Positions 46,550-57,659 are shown, counted from the stretch's first letter. The stretch is 64,000 bases of DNA from Eubacteriales bacterium (GCA_045580305.1 JAZNNQ010000027.1:5772-69771); one strand, 5' to 3'. Translations and numbers: made by a program. Notes: generated by a model not told the origin, from the sequence alone.

Positions 46550-46576
46550 ATAAAAAACTCCTTTGCGGGAAGTGCC

Positions 46577-47293
46577 CTATTCCTCCCAGTTGTGATATAC
46601 ATTCTGTACATCATCATTGTCCTCAAGGGCATCCAGTAATTTCTGCATATTTTTAAGGTCATCCTCAGCAGTAAGGGTGATGTAATTCTGGGGTACCATT
46701 TCAACATTGGCGTCTAAAATCTTATACTCAGCTGTCTCAAGTGCCTCACGAACTGCGGAGAAGTCATCGGGAGCGGTAAACACCTCGAAAACCTCGCCTT
46801 CTAAGTCAACGTCGTCAGCACCGGCATCAAGGAACGCCATCATAGCCTCGTCCTCGTCAAGACCATCTTTTTCGATTACGATAACGCCCTTCTTATCAAA
46901 CTGCCACGAAACACAGCCGGAAGCACCTAAATTACCGCCGAATTTATCAAAATAGTGGCGCATTTCACCTGCGGTACGGTTTCTGTTATCGGTCATTGTG
47001 TCAACGATAACCGCAACGCCGGAGGGACCGTAGCCCTCGTAGGTGATGGTCTCGTAGGTAGCGCCGTCGCCGCTTGCGCGCTCGATAATGCGCTTGATGT
47101 TATCATTGGGCACATTGTTTGCGCGAGCCTTTGCAATACAGTCGCGAAGCTTTGAGTTGGAAGCGGGGTCAGCACCGCCCTCACGAACAGCTACCGCCAT
47201 TTCACGACCGATCTTAGTGAAAATTTTAGCGCGCTGAGCATCGGTTTTCTCTTTTTTGTGTAAAATATTTTTCCATTTGGAATGACCTGACAT
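46577..47293 (-). CDS. yebC: YebC/PmpR-family transcriptional regulator
   Basis: [13 protein letters not shown]...D..RAK.F.K is the diagnostic N-terminus. 238 aa. Confidence 0.93.
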   Translation of the reverse strand: MSGHSKWKNILHKKEKTDAQRAKIFTKIGREMAVAVREGGADPASNSKLRDCIAKARANNVPNDNIKRIIERASGDGATYETITYEGYGPSGVAVIVDTMTDNRNRTAGEMRHYFDKFGGNLGASGCVSWQFDKKGVIVIEKDGLDEDEAMMAFLDAGADDVDLEGEVFEVFTAPDDFSAVREALETAEYKILDANVEMVPQNYITLTAEDDLKNMQKLLDALEDNDDVQNVYHNWEE

Positions 47294-47439
47294 AAAAATT
47301 CTCCTTAAATAACATTTTAATTAAATTTTATTTTATCATACATTATATAAGTATTTCAAGTATGAATAATAGGAAAGTTTCTGTGCACAATATATTTTGC
47401 AAGGTAAGTCCTGCAATAAAATTTAAGGAGAAAAAGAAA

Positions 47440-47577
47440 ATGGATAAGAATAATTACCAGAATAAGAACAACAATAACTTCCAGAACAAGAAGGAGCAGA
47501 ACAAAAAAGACAGCAACAGCCAGAACAAGAACAACAACAATTTCCAGAATAAGAAGGACCAGGACAACAAGTTCTAA
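47440..47577 (+). CDS. 45-aa Asn/Gln/Lys-rich peptide with an internal 15-residue duplication
   Basis: ATG 47440 behind AAGGAGAAAAAG. MDKNNYQNKNNNNFQNKKEQNKKDSNSQNKNNNNFQNKKDQDNKF. DNA repeats at 47458-47502 and 47521-47565. Confidence 0.45.
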   Translation: MDKNNYQNKNNNNFQNKKEQNKKDSNSQNKNNNNFQNKKDQDNKF

Positions 47578-47585
47578 AGTAAAAA

Positions 47586-47604
47586 CGGTCGCCGGAGGCG
47601 ACCG
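47586..47604 (-). terminator. intrinsic terminator of mrnC (minus strand)
   Basis: cggtcgcc-gga-ggcgaccg stem. The T-run is present only on the minus strand. Confidence 0.7.
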
Positions 47605-47612
47605 CTACATAT

Positions 47613-48011
47613 TCATTCCACGATAATTGCAAAAAGCTCGTTTAATCGGGCGTAATTGCCGGTGAGATACAAGTATCCGAAAAGACATTCCAGCGCGGTT
47701 GCCTTGTGATATGTTTCGTGGCTCGCGCCTTTGGGAATTTTGTGCACCTTCGCATTTCTGCCGCGGCGGAAGACATCATTCTCCCGCTCGGTCAAATGGG
47801 GCAGGATTTTATCCACGGCCGCAGACTGCGCATTTGCGGAGACCTGACTTACCGTGTTTTTGTGCAGAGTTTTGGCGGTGGCGGCACCATGGGCACATTC
47901 ACGGGTGCGAATAAGCAGATCAAAAACCGCGTCCCCCACATGGGCAAGCGCCAGCATACTCATTCCGAAAACCTCGTCGTCAGAAAGGGTTGTATGTAAA
48001 TAATCAAGCAT
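47613..48011 (-). CDS. mrnC: mini-ribonuclease III
   Basis: 132 aa. LALAHVGDAVFDL..R (RNase III signature-like) and the small size are typical of Mini-III. Confidence 0.85.
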   Translation of the reverse strand: MLDYLHTTLSDDEVFGMSMLALAHVGDAVFDLLIRTRECAHGAATAKTLHKNTVSQVSANAQSAAVDKILPHLTERENDVFRRGRNAKVHKIPKGASHETYHKATALECLFGYLYLTGNYARLNELFAIIVE

Positions 48012-48171
48012 TTATTTTTCACCTCTGACAATAGTCTACCACAGTTTTTTAAATTCAGCAATAAAGTGCGAAGATTGTTATAAAATAAACAGGTAAAACC
48101 CCTTTACGGCGGTGGTAAATTATGTTAAAATGTATAGAGTTATAGTCTTGTTTAAAGGCGGTGTTGTAAAA

Positions 48172-48486
48172 ATGGCACAAGACGCAATCTTAAAAATTAC
48201 AGAATGTGAGGCAAAAGCCGAGGCAAAAATTGCAGAGGCGCAGCTTGAAGCGCGAAAAATTATCGCAGACGCGGAAAAACGCGGCGAGGAAGCTGTGGAC
48301 AATGCAATAGCCGAGGCAAACCGAAAGGTTGATGAGCTGATGGCTCGGGCAGAGGATGCTGCAGCGGGCGCATCGCTGGAGATCACCTCGGGCGCTGAAC
48401 GGGAGTGTGAAAAACTTCGTGTTCTGGCTAAAGGCCGTATGAATGAAGCGGCATTATTTATTGCAGAAAAGGTTGTGAAGGGCTAA
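48172..48486 (+). CDS. V-type ATPase small coiled-coil stator subunit (G/H-like)
   Basis: Start refined to MAQDAILKI. Ala/Glu/Lys-rich helix. First gene of the V-ATPase operon, abutting subunit I. Confidence 0.55.
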   Translation: MAQDAILKITECEAKAEAKIAEAQLEARKIIADAEKRGEEAVDNAIAEANRKVDELMARAEDAAAGASLEITSGAERECEKLRVLAKGRMNEAALFIAEKVVKG

Positions 48487-50402
48487 TGGCAATTGTACCT
48501 ATGAAGCACCTTAGCCTGATTGCACTTCAAAAGGATCAGGACGCGTTGCTTTCCGATCTGTCGAAACTTGGCGCGGTACAGATATCCGCGACCGAGCAGG
48601 AAGGTCTTAAACAAACCGAATCTGACAGCGGTGAACTTAAAAACAAGCGTTCTGACATTACCGGTGCACTTGAGGTTATAGGGAAATATGTTAAGGTGAA
48701 AAGCGGCCTGTTCCCGCAACGACCGCAAGTGGCGGCGCAGGAGTTTTTTACAGACAAAACCATAACCGATGCTCTTGAAATTGCCGAAAAGGCAAACTCC
48801 ATCTCCCGTGAGATAGCCGCTTGCTTTTCCAATGAATCGCGGCTGACAAATAAGAAGGACTCGCTTTTGCCATGGCGCGCCATCGATATTCCGTTGGACA
48901 GCGACTCGGGAAAACGACACTTTTTGAGTTTCGGCACAATACCGATTAAATTCTCCCTCGAGGAGATCAAAAGCCGCCTTGCGGAATGTGAGAGCGCGCA
49001 TATTGAATGTGCCTCCTCCGACAAGGAACAGCATTATCTGCTGATTATGTGTCATATGAGCGAGAGGGACGCGCTTAATGAAGCGCTCCGCGAGGTGAGT
49101 TTCTCCAAGGTTTCATTTAAGGATACCGCGGGCACGGCGGCTGAGAATATCAAAAGCATAGAGTCAGAGATAGCAGCTTCTGTAAAGAAAAGGGAAGAAC
49201 TTGCGGAAAGCCTTTGCAATATGGGAGATGCGGTTCCGAAGCTTAAGCTTGCATATGATGCAATCTCTGTCCGTATTGAAAAGGCTGAGGCTAAAGAAAA
49301 ACTGCTGAGCACGGCGAAAACCGTAATACTCACCGGTTGGTTCCCCAAAAGGGAAGAGGCAAGGCTAACAAAACTTTTTGAAAGCTACGGTGCGGCGTAT
49401 GAAATAAGAGATCCGTCAGATGATGAAGAACCGCCCACGCTTACCTACAACTCGAAAATGGTAGAGCCGTACTCTATGATAACCAATATGTATTCCGCTC
49501 CCGCATATAGGGGAATTGACCCGAACCCGTTTATGGCACCGTTTTTCGCCATATTCTTCGGCATAATGTTCTCCGACGCAGCTTACGGAATACTGCTTAC
49601 CTTGGTGGGTGCTATCGTACTGTTGAAGTTCAAACCCCGCGGCGGTGTGCGACAGATGATGTCGATGGCGGTAATGTGCGGTATAACCACATTTATCTGG
49701 GGTGTGCTGTTCGGCGGATTTTTCGGCGACGCTATTCCTACCATTTACAAAATGATAACCGGCAACGAATTTGCCTGGGAAATGGCGTTGTGGTTTAACC
49801 CGATGGAAGATCCCATGTCGATGCTTGTGTTCTCCTTCGCCTTTGGTGGAATACACATTTTCGCGGGTATGGCGATACAAGCGTATATGATGATAAGAGA
49901 CGGAAACATTCTGGGTGCTGTTTTCGATATAGGCTCTTGGTGGGTGCTTTTTGGCGGAATAATCTTCGCCCTTGTCGGACTTACCGATATCGGTCTTATC
50001 TTAATAGGCGTGGGTGCTCTTGCACTTCTTCTTACCCAGGGCAGACACGAAAAGAAATTCTTAAAGAAAATCACCAAAGGCTTATCCAGCCTTTACGATA
50101 TTACCTCGTACTTGGGCGATATTCTTTCATATTCGCGACTCCTGGCGCTAAGCCTTGCAACCGCGGTTATTGCGAGCGTAATTAATACAATGGGTGCCAT
50201 GACCGGCCCGATAGGATTTGTGATTGTGTTCCTTATCGGACACACCTTCAACATCGCGGTCAACTTAATCGGTACCTATGTTCACACCTCGCGCTTACAG
50301 TATGTAGAGTTTTTTGGTAAATTCTATCAGGGCGGCGGCGAAATATTCTCCCCCCTGGATACCAAAACAAAATATGTAGACATTGTTAAGGAGGAAAAAT
50401 AA
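48486..50402 (+). CDS. ntpI: V-type ATP synthase subunit I (a-subunit homologue)
   Basis: 638 aa. Soluble N-terminal half plus about 7 TM. Conserved Arg region ...SY.RL.AL.LA.... Confidence 0.9.
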   Translation: MAIVPMKHLSLIALQKDQDALLSDLSKLGAVQISATEQEGLKQTESDSGELKNKRSDITGALEVIGKYVKVKSGLFPQRPQVAAQEFFTDKTITDALEIAEKANSISREIAACFSNESRLTNKKDSLLPWRAIDIPLDSDSGKRHFLSFGTIPIKFSLEEIKSRLAECESAHIECASSDKEQHYLLIMCHMSERDALNEALREVSFSKVSFKDTAGTAAENIKSIESEIAASVKKREELAESLCNMGDAVPKLKLAYDAISVRIEKAEAKEKLLSTAKTVILTGWFPKREEARLTKLFESYGAAYEIRDPSDDEEPPTLTYNSKMVEPYSMITNMYSAPAYRGIDPNPFMAPFFAIFFGIMFSDAAYGILLTLVGAIVLLKFKPRGGVRQMMSMAVMCGITTFIWGVLFGGFFGDAIPTIYKMITGNEFAWEMALWFNPMEDPMSMLVFSFAFGGIHIFAGMAIQAYMMIRDGNILGAVFDIGSWWVLFGGIIFALVGLTDIGLILIGVGALALLLTQGRHEKKFLKKITKGLSSLYDITSYLGDILSYSRLLALSLATAVIASVINTMGAMTGPIGFVIVFLIGHTFNIAVNLIGTYVHTSRLQYVEFFGKFYQGGGEIFSPLDTKTKYVDIVKEEK

Positions 50403-50403
50403 A

Positions 50404-50895
50404 ATGTTAGAATTCATGACAAATTACGGTGGCACTATCTTTGCTCTTTTAGGTGCGGTACTTGCTGCAGGTCTTGCAGGTATGGGCTCCGCAAAAGCGG
50501 TTGGCGCGGTTGGTGAGAGCGCTGCAGGCGTTGTTACCGAGGACCCCAACAAGTTCGGTCAGACCCTTCTTTTGCAGGTACTTCCTGGTACTCAGGGTCT
50601 TTACGGTCTTCTTATCGCGTTCCTTGTTCTTGTTAAAATCGGTCTTTTAGGCGAGGCTGTTGATGTTTCCCTTGCTCAGGGCTTTAACATTTTCCTTGCT
50701 TGTCTTCCCATCGCTGTTGTAGGTTATTTCTCCGCAATCGCGCAGGGCAGAGCGGCATCTGCAGGTGTAAGCATTATCGCAAAAAGACCGGAAGAGTTAT
50801 CAAAGGGTATGATCTTTGCTGCAATGGTTGAGACCTATGCGGTTCTTGCTCTTCTCATTTCCTTCCTGATGCTCAACGGAATTCAAATTGGTTAA
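50404..50895 (+). CDS. ntpK: V-type ATP synthase subunit K (16-kDa proteolipid, 4 TM)
   Basis: Start refined to MLEFMTNYGG. Close to the recalled E. hirae NtpK sequence (LPGTQGLYG, IAQG, AAMVETYA). Confidence 0.9.
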   Translation: MLEFMTNYGGTIFALLGAVLAAGLAGMGSAKAVGAVGESAAGVVTEDPNKFGQTLLLQVLPGTQGLYGLLIAFLVLVKIGLLGEAVDVSLAQGFNIFLACLPIAVVGYFSAIAQGRAASAGVSIIAKRPEELSKGMIFAAMVETYAVLALLISFLMLNGIQIG

Positions 50896-50911
50896 TAAGG
50901 ATGTGCCCCAT

Positions 50912-51550
50912 ATGAACGGCATTGAAAACATTATCGCGCGTATTGAAAACGATGCGCAAAACGAAGCTAATGAAATAATTGCCCGCGCAAAGGCGGAGGC
51001 TGAGGCGATTTCCGCAAAATATGCGGAGAATGCAAAAAACAGCAGCGATGCTATTCTGGAAAAGGGCAAAAAGAGCGCCGATGACCGCGTGGTACGCCTT
51101 CAGGGCGTTGCAGGTCTGGACGCTCGTAAAATGCTCCTTCGCACAAAGCAGGATATGATCGACCTTGCATTCCGCGAAGCCGAGGATAAGCTTTTAGCCC
51201 TTGAGGGTGAGGATTATGTCGAGACCCTTGCCCGCCTTGGGTTATCCGCTACACAGAGCGGCAATGAGGAAATCATTTTATCCCCCGCTGATCGCGAAAA
51301 ATACGGCAAGGATGTGGTTGCTCGCTTAAACTCACTCTTAAATGAGGACGAGGGTATCGCCCGTATTCTTACCGCGGCAGGCAAAATGCTCCGAGGCGAG
51401 GGCGTAAAACTCTCTGAGGAGACCCGCGAAATTGGCGGCGGCTTAATTTTAAAGGACGGTGACCTTGAGGTGGATGCGTCCTTTAAGACAATTGTAAACC
51501 AACTGCGCGACTCACTTGCAGGTGAGGTGGCAGAAATATTATTCGGTTAA
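50912..51550 (+). CDS. ntpE: V-type ATP synthase subunit E
   Basis: Start refined to MNGIENIIARIE. Long N-terminal helix rich in A/E/K, about 212 aa, correct operon position. Confidence 0.8.
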   Translation: MNGIENIIARIENDAQNEANEIIARAKAEAEAISAKYAENAKNSSDAILEKGKKSADDRVVRLQGVAGLDARKMLLRTKQDMIDLAFREAEDKLLALEGEDYVETLARLGLSATQSGNEEIILSPADREKYGKDVVARLNSLLNEDEGIARILTAAGKMLRGEGVKLSEETREIGGGLILKDGDLEVDASFKTIVNQLRDSLAGEVAEILFG

Positions 51551-51561
51551 GAGGTGGTTAT

Positions 51562-52548
51562 ATGAAAACCCGTGATACCGAGTATTTATACGCGACTACC
51601 CGTATCCGCTCACTTGAAAACGGGCTTCTTGACCAGAGCACAACAGACCGTCTGGTAGAATCCCCCGATATTTCGGATATGGCGAAAATTATGTCGGAAC
51701 TGGGTTATACTCAGCTTCAGAACACAAGTGAGAGAGATATTGAAAATTCTCTTTTCTATGCTCGGCAGGACACCTTTAATTTAGTGGCTGAGATCTCACC
51801 GAAAAGTGAGATAGCGGATATTTTCCGCCTCCGCTACGACTATCACAATATAAAGGCAATTTTAAAGAGCGAGGCTGTGGGCGAAAGTGCTGACGGACTT
51901 TTAATCGATGCAGGCAGGTTTGCACCTGAGTTTTTAACATCGATAATGCGCCAGATGGACTATAAAGAGTTACCAACGCTTCTTAAGGAAGCGATTGAGG
52001 AAGCTCGCGAAACACTTGCCCGCACAAATGACCCTCAGCTTTTTGACTTTATTTTAGACCGCGCTTACTTTAAGGAGATGGAAGGCTATGCGGCCTCATC
52101 CGGCAGTAAATATCTTTGCGGCTATGTAAAGTGCCTTATTGATACCGCAAATCTTCGTGCTACCCTTCGGGCAATGCGAAGGAAAAAGGATGCGGATTTC
52201 CTGAAGAACGCTCTGCAGGACGGCGGCGATATCCCGAAGGATAAGTTTATTTCAGCACTTTCCGGCGAAGCGGGATTAAGCGACGCGGTGAGCGGCACAT
52301 TCCTTGAGGGCGCGGCAGAGACGGCAAATCTTACGGGAAGTCTTGTCTCCTTTGAGTGTGAGTGCGATAACGCGGTTATGTCATACCTGCGCTCGGCACG
52401 CTATGTGGCATTCGGCGAGGAGCCGATTATTGCATATGTAGCGGCGCGGGAGGCGGATATTATGACCATCCGCATTATCCTTGCAGGCAAACTGCAGGAG
52501 TTACCTGTTGATGAAATTCGAGAAAGGTTGAGGGCAAGCTATGTATAA
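51562..52548 (+). CDS. ntpC: V-type ATP synthase subunit C (V0 d homologue)
   Basis: 328 aa. YLYATTRIR..E..LL N-terminus typical of NtpC/AtpC. Confidence 0.85.
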   Translation: MKTRDTEYLYATTRIRSLENGLLDQSTTDRLVESPDISDMAKIMSELGYTQLQNTSERDIENSLFYARQDTFNLVAEISPKSEIADIFRLRYDYHNIKAILKSEAVGESADGLLIDAGRFAPEFLTSIMRQMDYKELPTLLKEAIEEARETLARTNDPQLFDFILDRAYFKEMEGYAASSGSKYLCGYVKCLIDTANLRATLRAMRRKKDADFLKNALQDGGDIPKDKFISALSGEAGLSDAVSGTFLEGAAETANLTGSLVSFECECDNAVMSYLRSARYVAFGEEPIIAYVAAREADIMTIRIILAGKLQELPVDEIRERLRASYV

Positions 52549-52855
52549 GGTTTCTGTTTTAGGCGACCGCGAAAGCGTCCTCGGCTTTAAGGCTCTCGGC
52601 TTTAATACGGTTGCGGTGGATGATCCGGAGACGGCGCGGCAAAATCTGCACCGCCTTGCGGAGGAGGATACCGCGATAATCTACATTACCGAACAGCTTG
52701 CGGTAGAAATTAAAGAGGATATTGACAAATACAAGGACGATGTCCGTCCCGCTATCATTTTGATCCCGGGCAAGGACGGAACTCTTGGCGTCGGTATGCG
52801 TGCGGTTCACGAAACCGTTGAGCGTGCTGTCGGCGCAGATATTTTAAATAATTAA
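52541..52855 (+). CDS. ntpF: V-type ATP synthase subunit F
   Basis: 104 aa. ...GD.....FK.LG............I..ITE pattern. Overlaps ntpC by 8 nt. Confidence 0.85.
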   Translation: MYKVSVLGDRESVLGFKALGFNTVAVDDPETARQNLHRLAEEDTAIIYITEQLAVEIKEDIDKYKDDVRPAIILIPGKDGTLGVGMRAVHETVERAVGADILNN

Positions 52856-52897
52856 AACAATCCAAGCCACTGAAAATGGCGGAACGGAGCGTAAATT

Positions 52898-54664
52898 ATG
52901 AGTAATGGCAAAATTATTAAGGTTTCAGGCCCGCTTATTGTAGCGGAGGGCTTGTCTCACGCTAATATGTTCGATGTGGTTCGCGTAGGACAGGATAAGC
53001 TTATCGGCGAGATCATCGAGATGCGTGGCGACAAGGCGTCAATTCAGGTTTATGAGGAAACCGCAGGTATCGGCTTCGGCGACGAGGTTGTTACCACCGG
53101 TAATCCCTTATCGGTTGAGCTTGCCCCGGGTCTTATTGAGAATATTTATGACGGTATCCAGCGCCCACTTGAAAAGATCCGCGCGATTTCCGGCAGCAAT
53201 ATTTCCCGCGGTATCGATGTCCCCGCGGTTGACCGTGAGCGCGAGTGGGACTTTACTCCTACAGCGAAGGTCGGTGACAAGGTATCAGGCGGAGACATTT
53301 TAGGAACCGTACCCGAGACGATTATTGTTGAGCATCGTGTTATGGTGCCATTTGGTATTTCGGGTGAGATCGTTGAAATATTAAGCGGCAAAAAGAAGGT
53401 TGAAGACACCATCGCCAAGATCCGTAAGGAAAACGGCGAGATTGTCGAGGTTTCTATGCTTCAGAGATGGCCGGTACGACAGGGCCGTCCCATTAAGGAA
53501 AAACTTCCGCCCGATGTTCCCATGATGACCGGTCAGCGCATTATTGACACCATCTTCCCAATTGCAAAGGGTGGTACCGCGGCTGTTCCAGGCCCCTTCG
53601 GAAGCGGCAAGACCGTGGTTCAGCACCAGCTTGCAAAGTGGTCCGATGTTGATATCGTTGTTTACATCGGCTGTGGTGAGCGCGGAAACGAGATGACCGA
53701 TGTTCTTCGCGAGTTCCCGGAACTTCGTGACCCCAAAACCGGCGAGTCACTTATGAAGCGTACAATTCTTATTGCAAATACCTCCGATATGCCGGTTGCG
53801 GCTCGTGAGGCTTCCATTTATACCGGTATTACCATTGCTGAGTACTACCGTGATATGGGTTATGATGTAGCGGTTATTGCGGACTCCACCTCCCGTTGGG
53901 CTGAGGCGCTTCGTGAGATGTCCGGCCGACTTGAGGAAATGCCCGGTGAAGAGGGCTATCCCGCATACCTTTCTTCCCGCCTTGCTCAGTTCTATGAGCG
54001 CGCAGGACGAATTATCTGTACATCAAGTGATGACCGTGCAGGCTCCCTTACTGCTATCGGCGCGGTATCACCTCCCGGCGGCGACATTTCCGAGCCGGTT
54101 GCTCAGGCTACCCTTCGTATCGTTAAGGTATTCTGGGGTCTGGACAGTTCTCTTGCATATCGCCGTCACTTCCCGGCTATTAACTGGCTCAACTCCTATT
54201 CGCTTTATCTTGACAGATTATCCCCTTGGTTCAATGCAAATGTGGATAAGAACTTTGCGCAGAACAGAACCGATGCTATGCAAATTCTCCAGCTTGAGAG
54301 TGAACTTCAGGAAATCGTCAGCCTTGTTGGTATCGACGCGCTTTCCGCAAGCGACCGCTTGACACTTGAGACCGCGCAAATTCTCCGCGAGGACTTCTTA
54401 CAGCAAAATGCTTTCTCGGATACAGACTCCTACACATCCCTTTCAAAGCAGGCAAAACTTTTAAGCCTTATCTTAACCTTCAATAAGTTGGGTAAGAAGG
54501 CACTTGATGCGGGTGCTGATATGAAGGCGCTATTTGCGATCTCCGCCCGTGAGAGAATTGGCCGTGCAAAGGATGTTTCCGAGGAAGAGTATGCAAGCAC
54601 ATATTCCGCTATTGAAGAGCTTATGCGCAACGAAATCGACGCGCTGACAAAGGAGGTACAGTAA
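52898..54664 (+). CDS. ntpA: V-type ATP synthase catalytic subunit A
   Basis: 588 aa. Walker A GPFGSGKT, non-homologous insert region, ...[10 protein letters not shown]... Confidence 0.97.
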   Translation: MSNGKIIKVSGPLIVAEGLSHANMFDVVRVGQDKLIGEIIEMRGDKASIQVYEETAGIGFGDEVVTTGNPLSVELAPGLIENIYDGIQRPLEKIRAISGSNISRGIDVPAVDREREWDFTPTAKVGDKVSGGDILGTVPETIIVEHRVMVPFGISGEIVEILSGKKKVEDTIAKIRKENGEIVEVSMLQRWPVRQGRPIKEKLPPDVPMMTGQRIIDTIFPIAKGGTAAVPGPFGSGKTVVQHQLAKWSDVDIVVYIGCGERGNEMTDVLREFPELRDPKTGESLMKRTILIANTSDMPVAAREASIYTGITIAEYYRDMGYDVAVIADSTSRWAEALREMSGRLEEMPGEEGYPAYLSSRLAQFYERAGRIICTSSDDRAGSLTAIGAVSPPGGDISEPVAQATLRIVKVFWGLDSSLAYRRHFPAINWLNSYSLYLDRLSPWFNANVDKNFAQNRTDAMQILQLESELQEIVSLVGIDALSASDRLTLETAQILREDFLQQNAFSDTDSYTSLSKQAKLLSLILTFNKLGKKALDAGADMKALFAISARERIGRAKDVSEEEYASTYSAIEELMRNEIDALTKEVQ

Positions 54665-54665
54665 T

Positions 54666-56042
54666 ATGTTAAGAGAATATCGTACCATCCAGGAGGTCGC
54701 AGGCCCTCTTATGCTTGTAAAAAATGTAATCGATGTTGCTTATGACGAGCTTGGCGAGGTTCAGCTTCCCAACGGTGATATCCGCCGTTGCAAGGTTCTC
54801 GAGGTAAACGGAAACGATGTACTTGTTCAGCTTTTTGAAAGCAGTGCGGGAATTAACCTGGCACAGAGCAAGGTAAGATTTTTAGGCCACGGTATCGAGC
54901 TTGCGGTTTCGGAAGATATGCTCGGCCGCGTATTCGACGGTATGGGCAGACCTAAAGATGGTGGCCCCGAAATCTTAGCTGACGAGCGCCGTAATATAAA
55001 CGGTATGCCGATGAACCCCGCATCCAGAAACTATCCGGATGAGTTTATCCAGACCGGCGTGTCCACCATTGACGGACTTAACACCTTGGTGCGCGGACAG
55101 AAACTTCCTATCTTCTCCGGATCGGGTCTTCCCCATGCACAGCTTGCAGCGCAGATCGCCCGTCAGGCAAAGGTTTTAAACAATGATGCACAGTTCGCGG
55201 TTGTTTTCGCGGCTATCGGTATTACATTTGAAGAGGCTGACTTCTTTATCAGCGACTTTAAGAAGACCGGTGCGATCGACCGTACCGTTATGTTTGTAAA
55301 CTTAGCGTCCGACCCGGCTATCGAGCGTATTTCAACACCTCGTATGGCGCTTACCGCTGCTGAATATCTGGCGTTCAAGAAGAATATGCATGTTCTTGTT
55401 ATTATGACCGATATTACAAACTATGCAGAGGCACTCCGTGAGGTATCCGCCGCTCGTAAAGAGGTTCCCGGTCGTCGTGGTTACCCGGGCTATCTCTATA
55501 CCGACTTAGCGTCTATGTATGAGAGAGCGGGCAGAACCTTGGAGTCTGAGGGCTCTATTACAATGATCCCGATCCTTTCAATGCCTGAGGATGACAAGAC
55601 TCATCCGATCCCAGACCTTACCGGATATATTACCGAAGGACAGATCATTCTCTCCCGTGAGCTGTACCGCAAGGGTATGCAGCCGCCGGTAGATGTTTTA
55701 CCGTCCCTTTCCCGTCTTAAAGACAAGGGTATTGGTGCCGGTAAGACAAGAGAAGATCATGCGGGCACAATGAACCAGCTTTTTGCCGCATATGCACGCG
55801 GTAAGGAAGCAAAAGAGCTTATGACCATCTTAGGTGAGGCGGCTCTTTCCGATATCGATAAGCTGTATGCAAAGTTTGCCGATGAATTTGAGGCAAAGTA
55901 TGTAAATCAGGGTTACAATGAAAATCGCGGTATCGAGGAGACTCTTAACCTCGGTTGGGAATTACTTTCCATTCTACCCAAGAGCGAGCTTAAGCGTATT
56001 AAGCCCGAGCATATTGAAAAATATCTCCCTGAGAGCAAATAA
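54666..56042 (+). CDS. ntpB: V-type ATP synthase subunit B
   Basis: 458 aa. ...[21 protein letters not shown]...GSIT... Confidence 0.97.
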   Translation: MLREYRTIQEVAGPLMLVKNVIDVAYDELGEVQLPNGDIRRCKVLEVNGNDVLVQLFESSAGINLAQSKVRFLGHGIELAVSEDMLGRVFDGMGRPKDGGPEILADERRNINGMPMNPASRNYPDEFIQTGVSTIDGLNTLVRGQKLPIFSGSGLPHAQLAAQIARQAKVLNNDAQFAVVFAAIGITFEEADFFISDFKKTGAIDRTVMFVNLASDPAIERISTPRMALTAAEYLAFKKNMHVLVIMTDITNYAEALREVSAARKEVPGRRGYPGYLYTDLASMYERAGRTLESEGSITMIPILSMPEDDKTHPIPDLTGYITEGQIILSRELYRKGMQPPVDVLPSLSRLKDKGIGAGKTREDHAGTMNQLFAAYARGKEAKELMTILGEAALSDIDKLYAKFADEFEAKYVNQGYNENRGIEETLNLGWELLSILPKSELKRIKPEHIEKYLPESK

Positions 56043-56054
56043 GGAGGGGTTTAA

Positions 56055-56711
56055 ATGGCAAGACTTAATGTTAACCCCACCCGTATGGAGCTCAAACGGC
56101 TTAAAGAGCGTCTGAAGACCGCTCGCCGCGGCCATAAACTGCTTAAGGATAAGCGAGACGAGCTTATGAAACAGTTTTTGGATATTGTCCGCATTAACCG
56201 TGAGCTTCGCACAAGCGTGGAGAAATCACTTATTACTGCGCAAAAGGGGTTTGCGGTTGCATCTGCCGTTATGTCACCGGAAATGCTTACCCAGGCACTT
56301 CTTCTGCCAAAGCAGAGCGTTTCCGTTGAAATGAAGTTTAAAAACATTATGAGCGTTGATGTACCCAAGTACACCTTCCATATGAAAAACGAGGATGCAA
56401 GCGAGATATTCCCCTATAGCTTCCTGCATACTTCGGGCGAGTTGGATGATGCGGTACAAGGCCTTTCCGATATTACCGACGAGCTTTTAAAGCTTGCTGA
56501 GGTGGAAAAATCCGCACAGCTCCTGTCTCAGGAGATTGAGAAAACCCGTCGTCGTGTAAATGCCCTTGAGCATTTTATGATCCCACAGCTTGAGGAAACC
56601 ATCAAGTACATCACAATGAAGCTTGACGAAAATGAGCGCGGAAATCTCTCCCGTCTTATGAAGGTCAAGGATATGATGATCGAAGCGCAATTTGCAGGGA
56701 AAAATGAATAA
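56055..56711 (+). CDS. ntpD: V-type ATP synthase subunit D
   Basis: 218 aa. NPTRMEL.RLK.RL..A.RGHKLLKDKRDEL is the diagnostic N-terminus. Confidence 0.95.
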   Translation: MARLNVNPTRMELKRLKERLKTARRGHKLLKDKRDELMKQFLDIVRINRELRTSVEKSLITAQKGFAVASAVMSPEMLTQALLLPKQSVSVEMKFKNIMSVDVPKYTFHMKNEDASEIFPYSFLHTSGELDDAVQGLSDITDELLKLAEVEKSAQLLSQEIEKTRRRVNALEHFMIPQLEETIKYITMKLDENERGNLSRLMKVKDMMIEAQFAGKNE

Positions 56712-56716
56712 AAGAG

Positions 56717-56751
56717 GAGCACGAAAAAATTTATTTTTCGTGCTCTTTTTT
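56717..56751 (+). terminator. intrinsic terminator of the V-ATPase operon
   Basis: gagcacgaaaaa/tttttcgtgctc 12-bp stem plus a T-run. Confidence 0.85.
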
Positions 56752-56827
56752 CGTTAAAAGCCTTGACATCAAAAACCAGAATGGTAAAATTAAGATAAAT
56801 AAATGCAAATGAAAGGGGAGCTTTATT

Positions 56828-57658
56828 TTGCAGCATATTAAAGATCAACTGAAGCTGTTTTATGACAATCCTGTTATAAACTGGCATGAACATGTTTGGA
56901 CCACAGATATGTGGAACAATGCAGACCCGGGCACACTCGATACCAAGAGATGCGACGGTCTTGTTGAATTCGCAAAAACTTGCGGTATCGACAAACTTCT
57001 CTGCTCGGTAGTAAGTGTTAATCCTCACTGTACTCCCAAGGAACAGGAAATTCGCAATAATGCAACGATTGAAGCTATGGAGCGCCATCCAGATACCATC
57101 ATGGGTATGGCCTTCGTAAATCCGGGCAATGGTAAGCACACCTTAAAAGAGGTCGAGCGTTGCGTTAAGGAATACGGCTTTGTAGGTATTAAGATGTACC
57201 ACCAGTATTTTATGGACGATCCGGTTCAGTATGACCTTGTTGAAAAGTGTATCGAACTTGATATTCCGATACTTATGCATGCAGGAAAGCTTGTTGTTGG
57301 CCCCAACACCCAGCCGAGACTTTCCGGCGGTGAGCATTTCGCAAATATTGCCCGCCGTTATCCCGAGGCGAACTTCATTATGGCACATGTTACCGGTGGC
57401 GGTGACTGGTCTTGGCAGCTTAAGGGTATTGTTGACTGTCCCAATGTTGTTACCGACATAAGCGGTAGTGTCTGTGACACCCGCGCGGTTGAGGAAAGTG
57501 TTCGTTTACTCGGTGCTGATCGTGTACTCTGGGGTACTGATGGTTCTGCATCTGCAGGTGTAGGCAAGCTTCTTTCTGCAAACCTTACCGACGAGGAGAA
57601 GAAGATTATCCTTGCAGGTCCGAGATATGAGAGATTCTTAAAGAAGGGGGCTAAGTAA
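56828..57658 (+). CDS. amidohydrolase-fold (TIM-barrel metal hydrolase, amidohydrolase_2-like) protein
   Basis: TTG start after GGGGAG. N-terminal metal motif INWHEHVW (HxH). 276 aa. Confidence 0.7.
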   Translation: MQHIKDQLKLFYDNPVINWHEHVWTTDMWNNADPGTLDTKRCDGLVEFAKTCGIDKLLCSVVSVNPHCTPKEQEIRNNATIEAMERHPDTIMGMAFVNPGNGKHTLKEVERCVKEYGFVGIKMYHQYFMDDPVQYDLVEKCIELDIPILMHAGKLVVGPNTQPRLSGGEHFANIARRYPEANFIMAHVTGGGDWSWQLKGIVDCPNVVTDISGSVCDTRAVEESVRLLGADRVLWGTDGSASAGVGKLLSANLTDEEKKIILAGPRYERFLKKGAK

Positions 57659-57659
57659 G

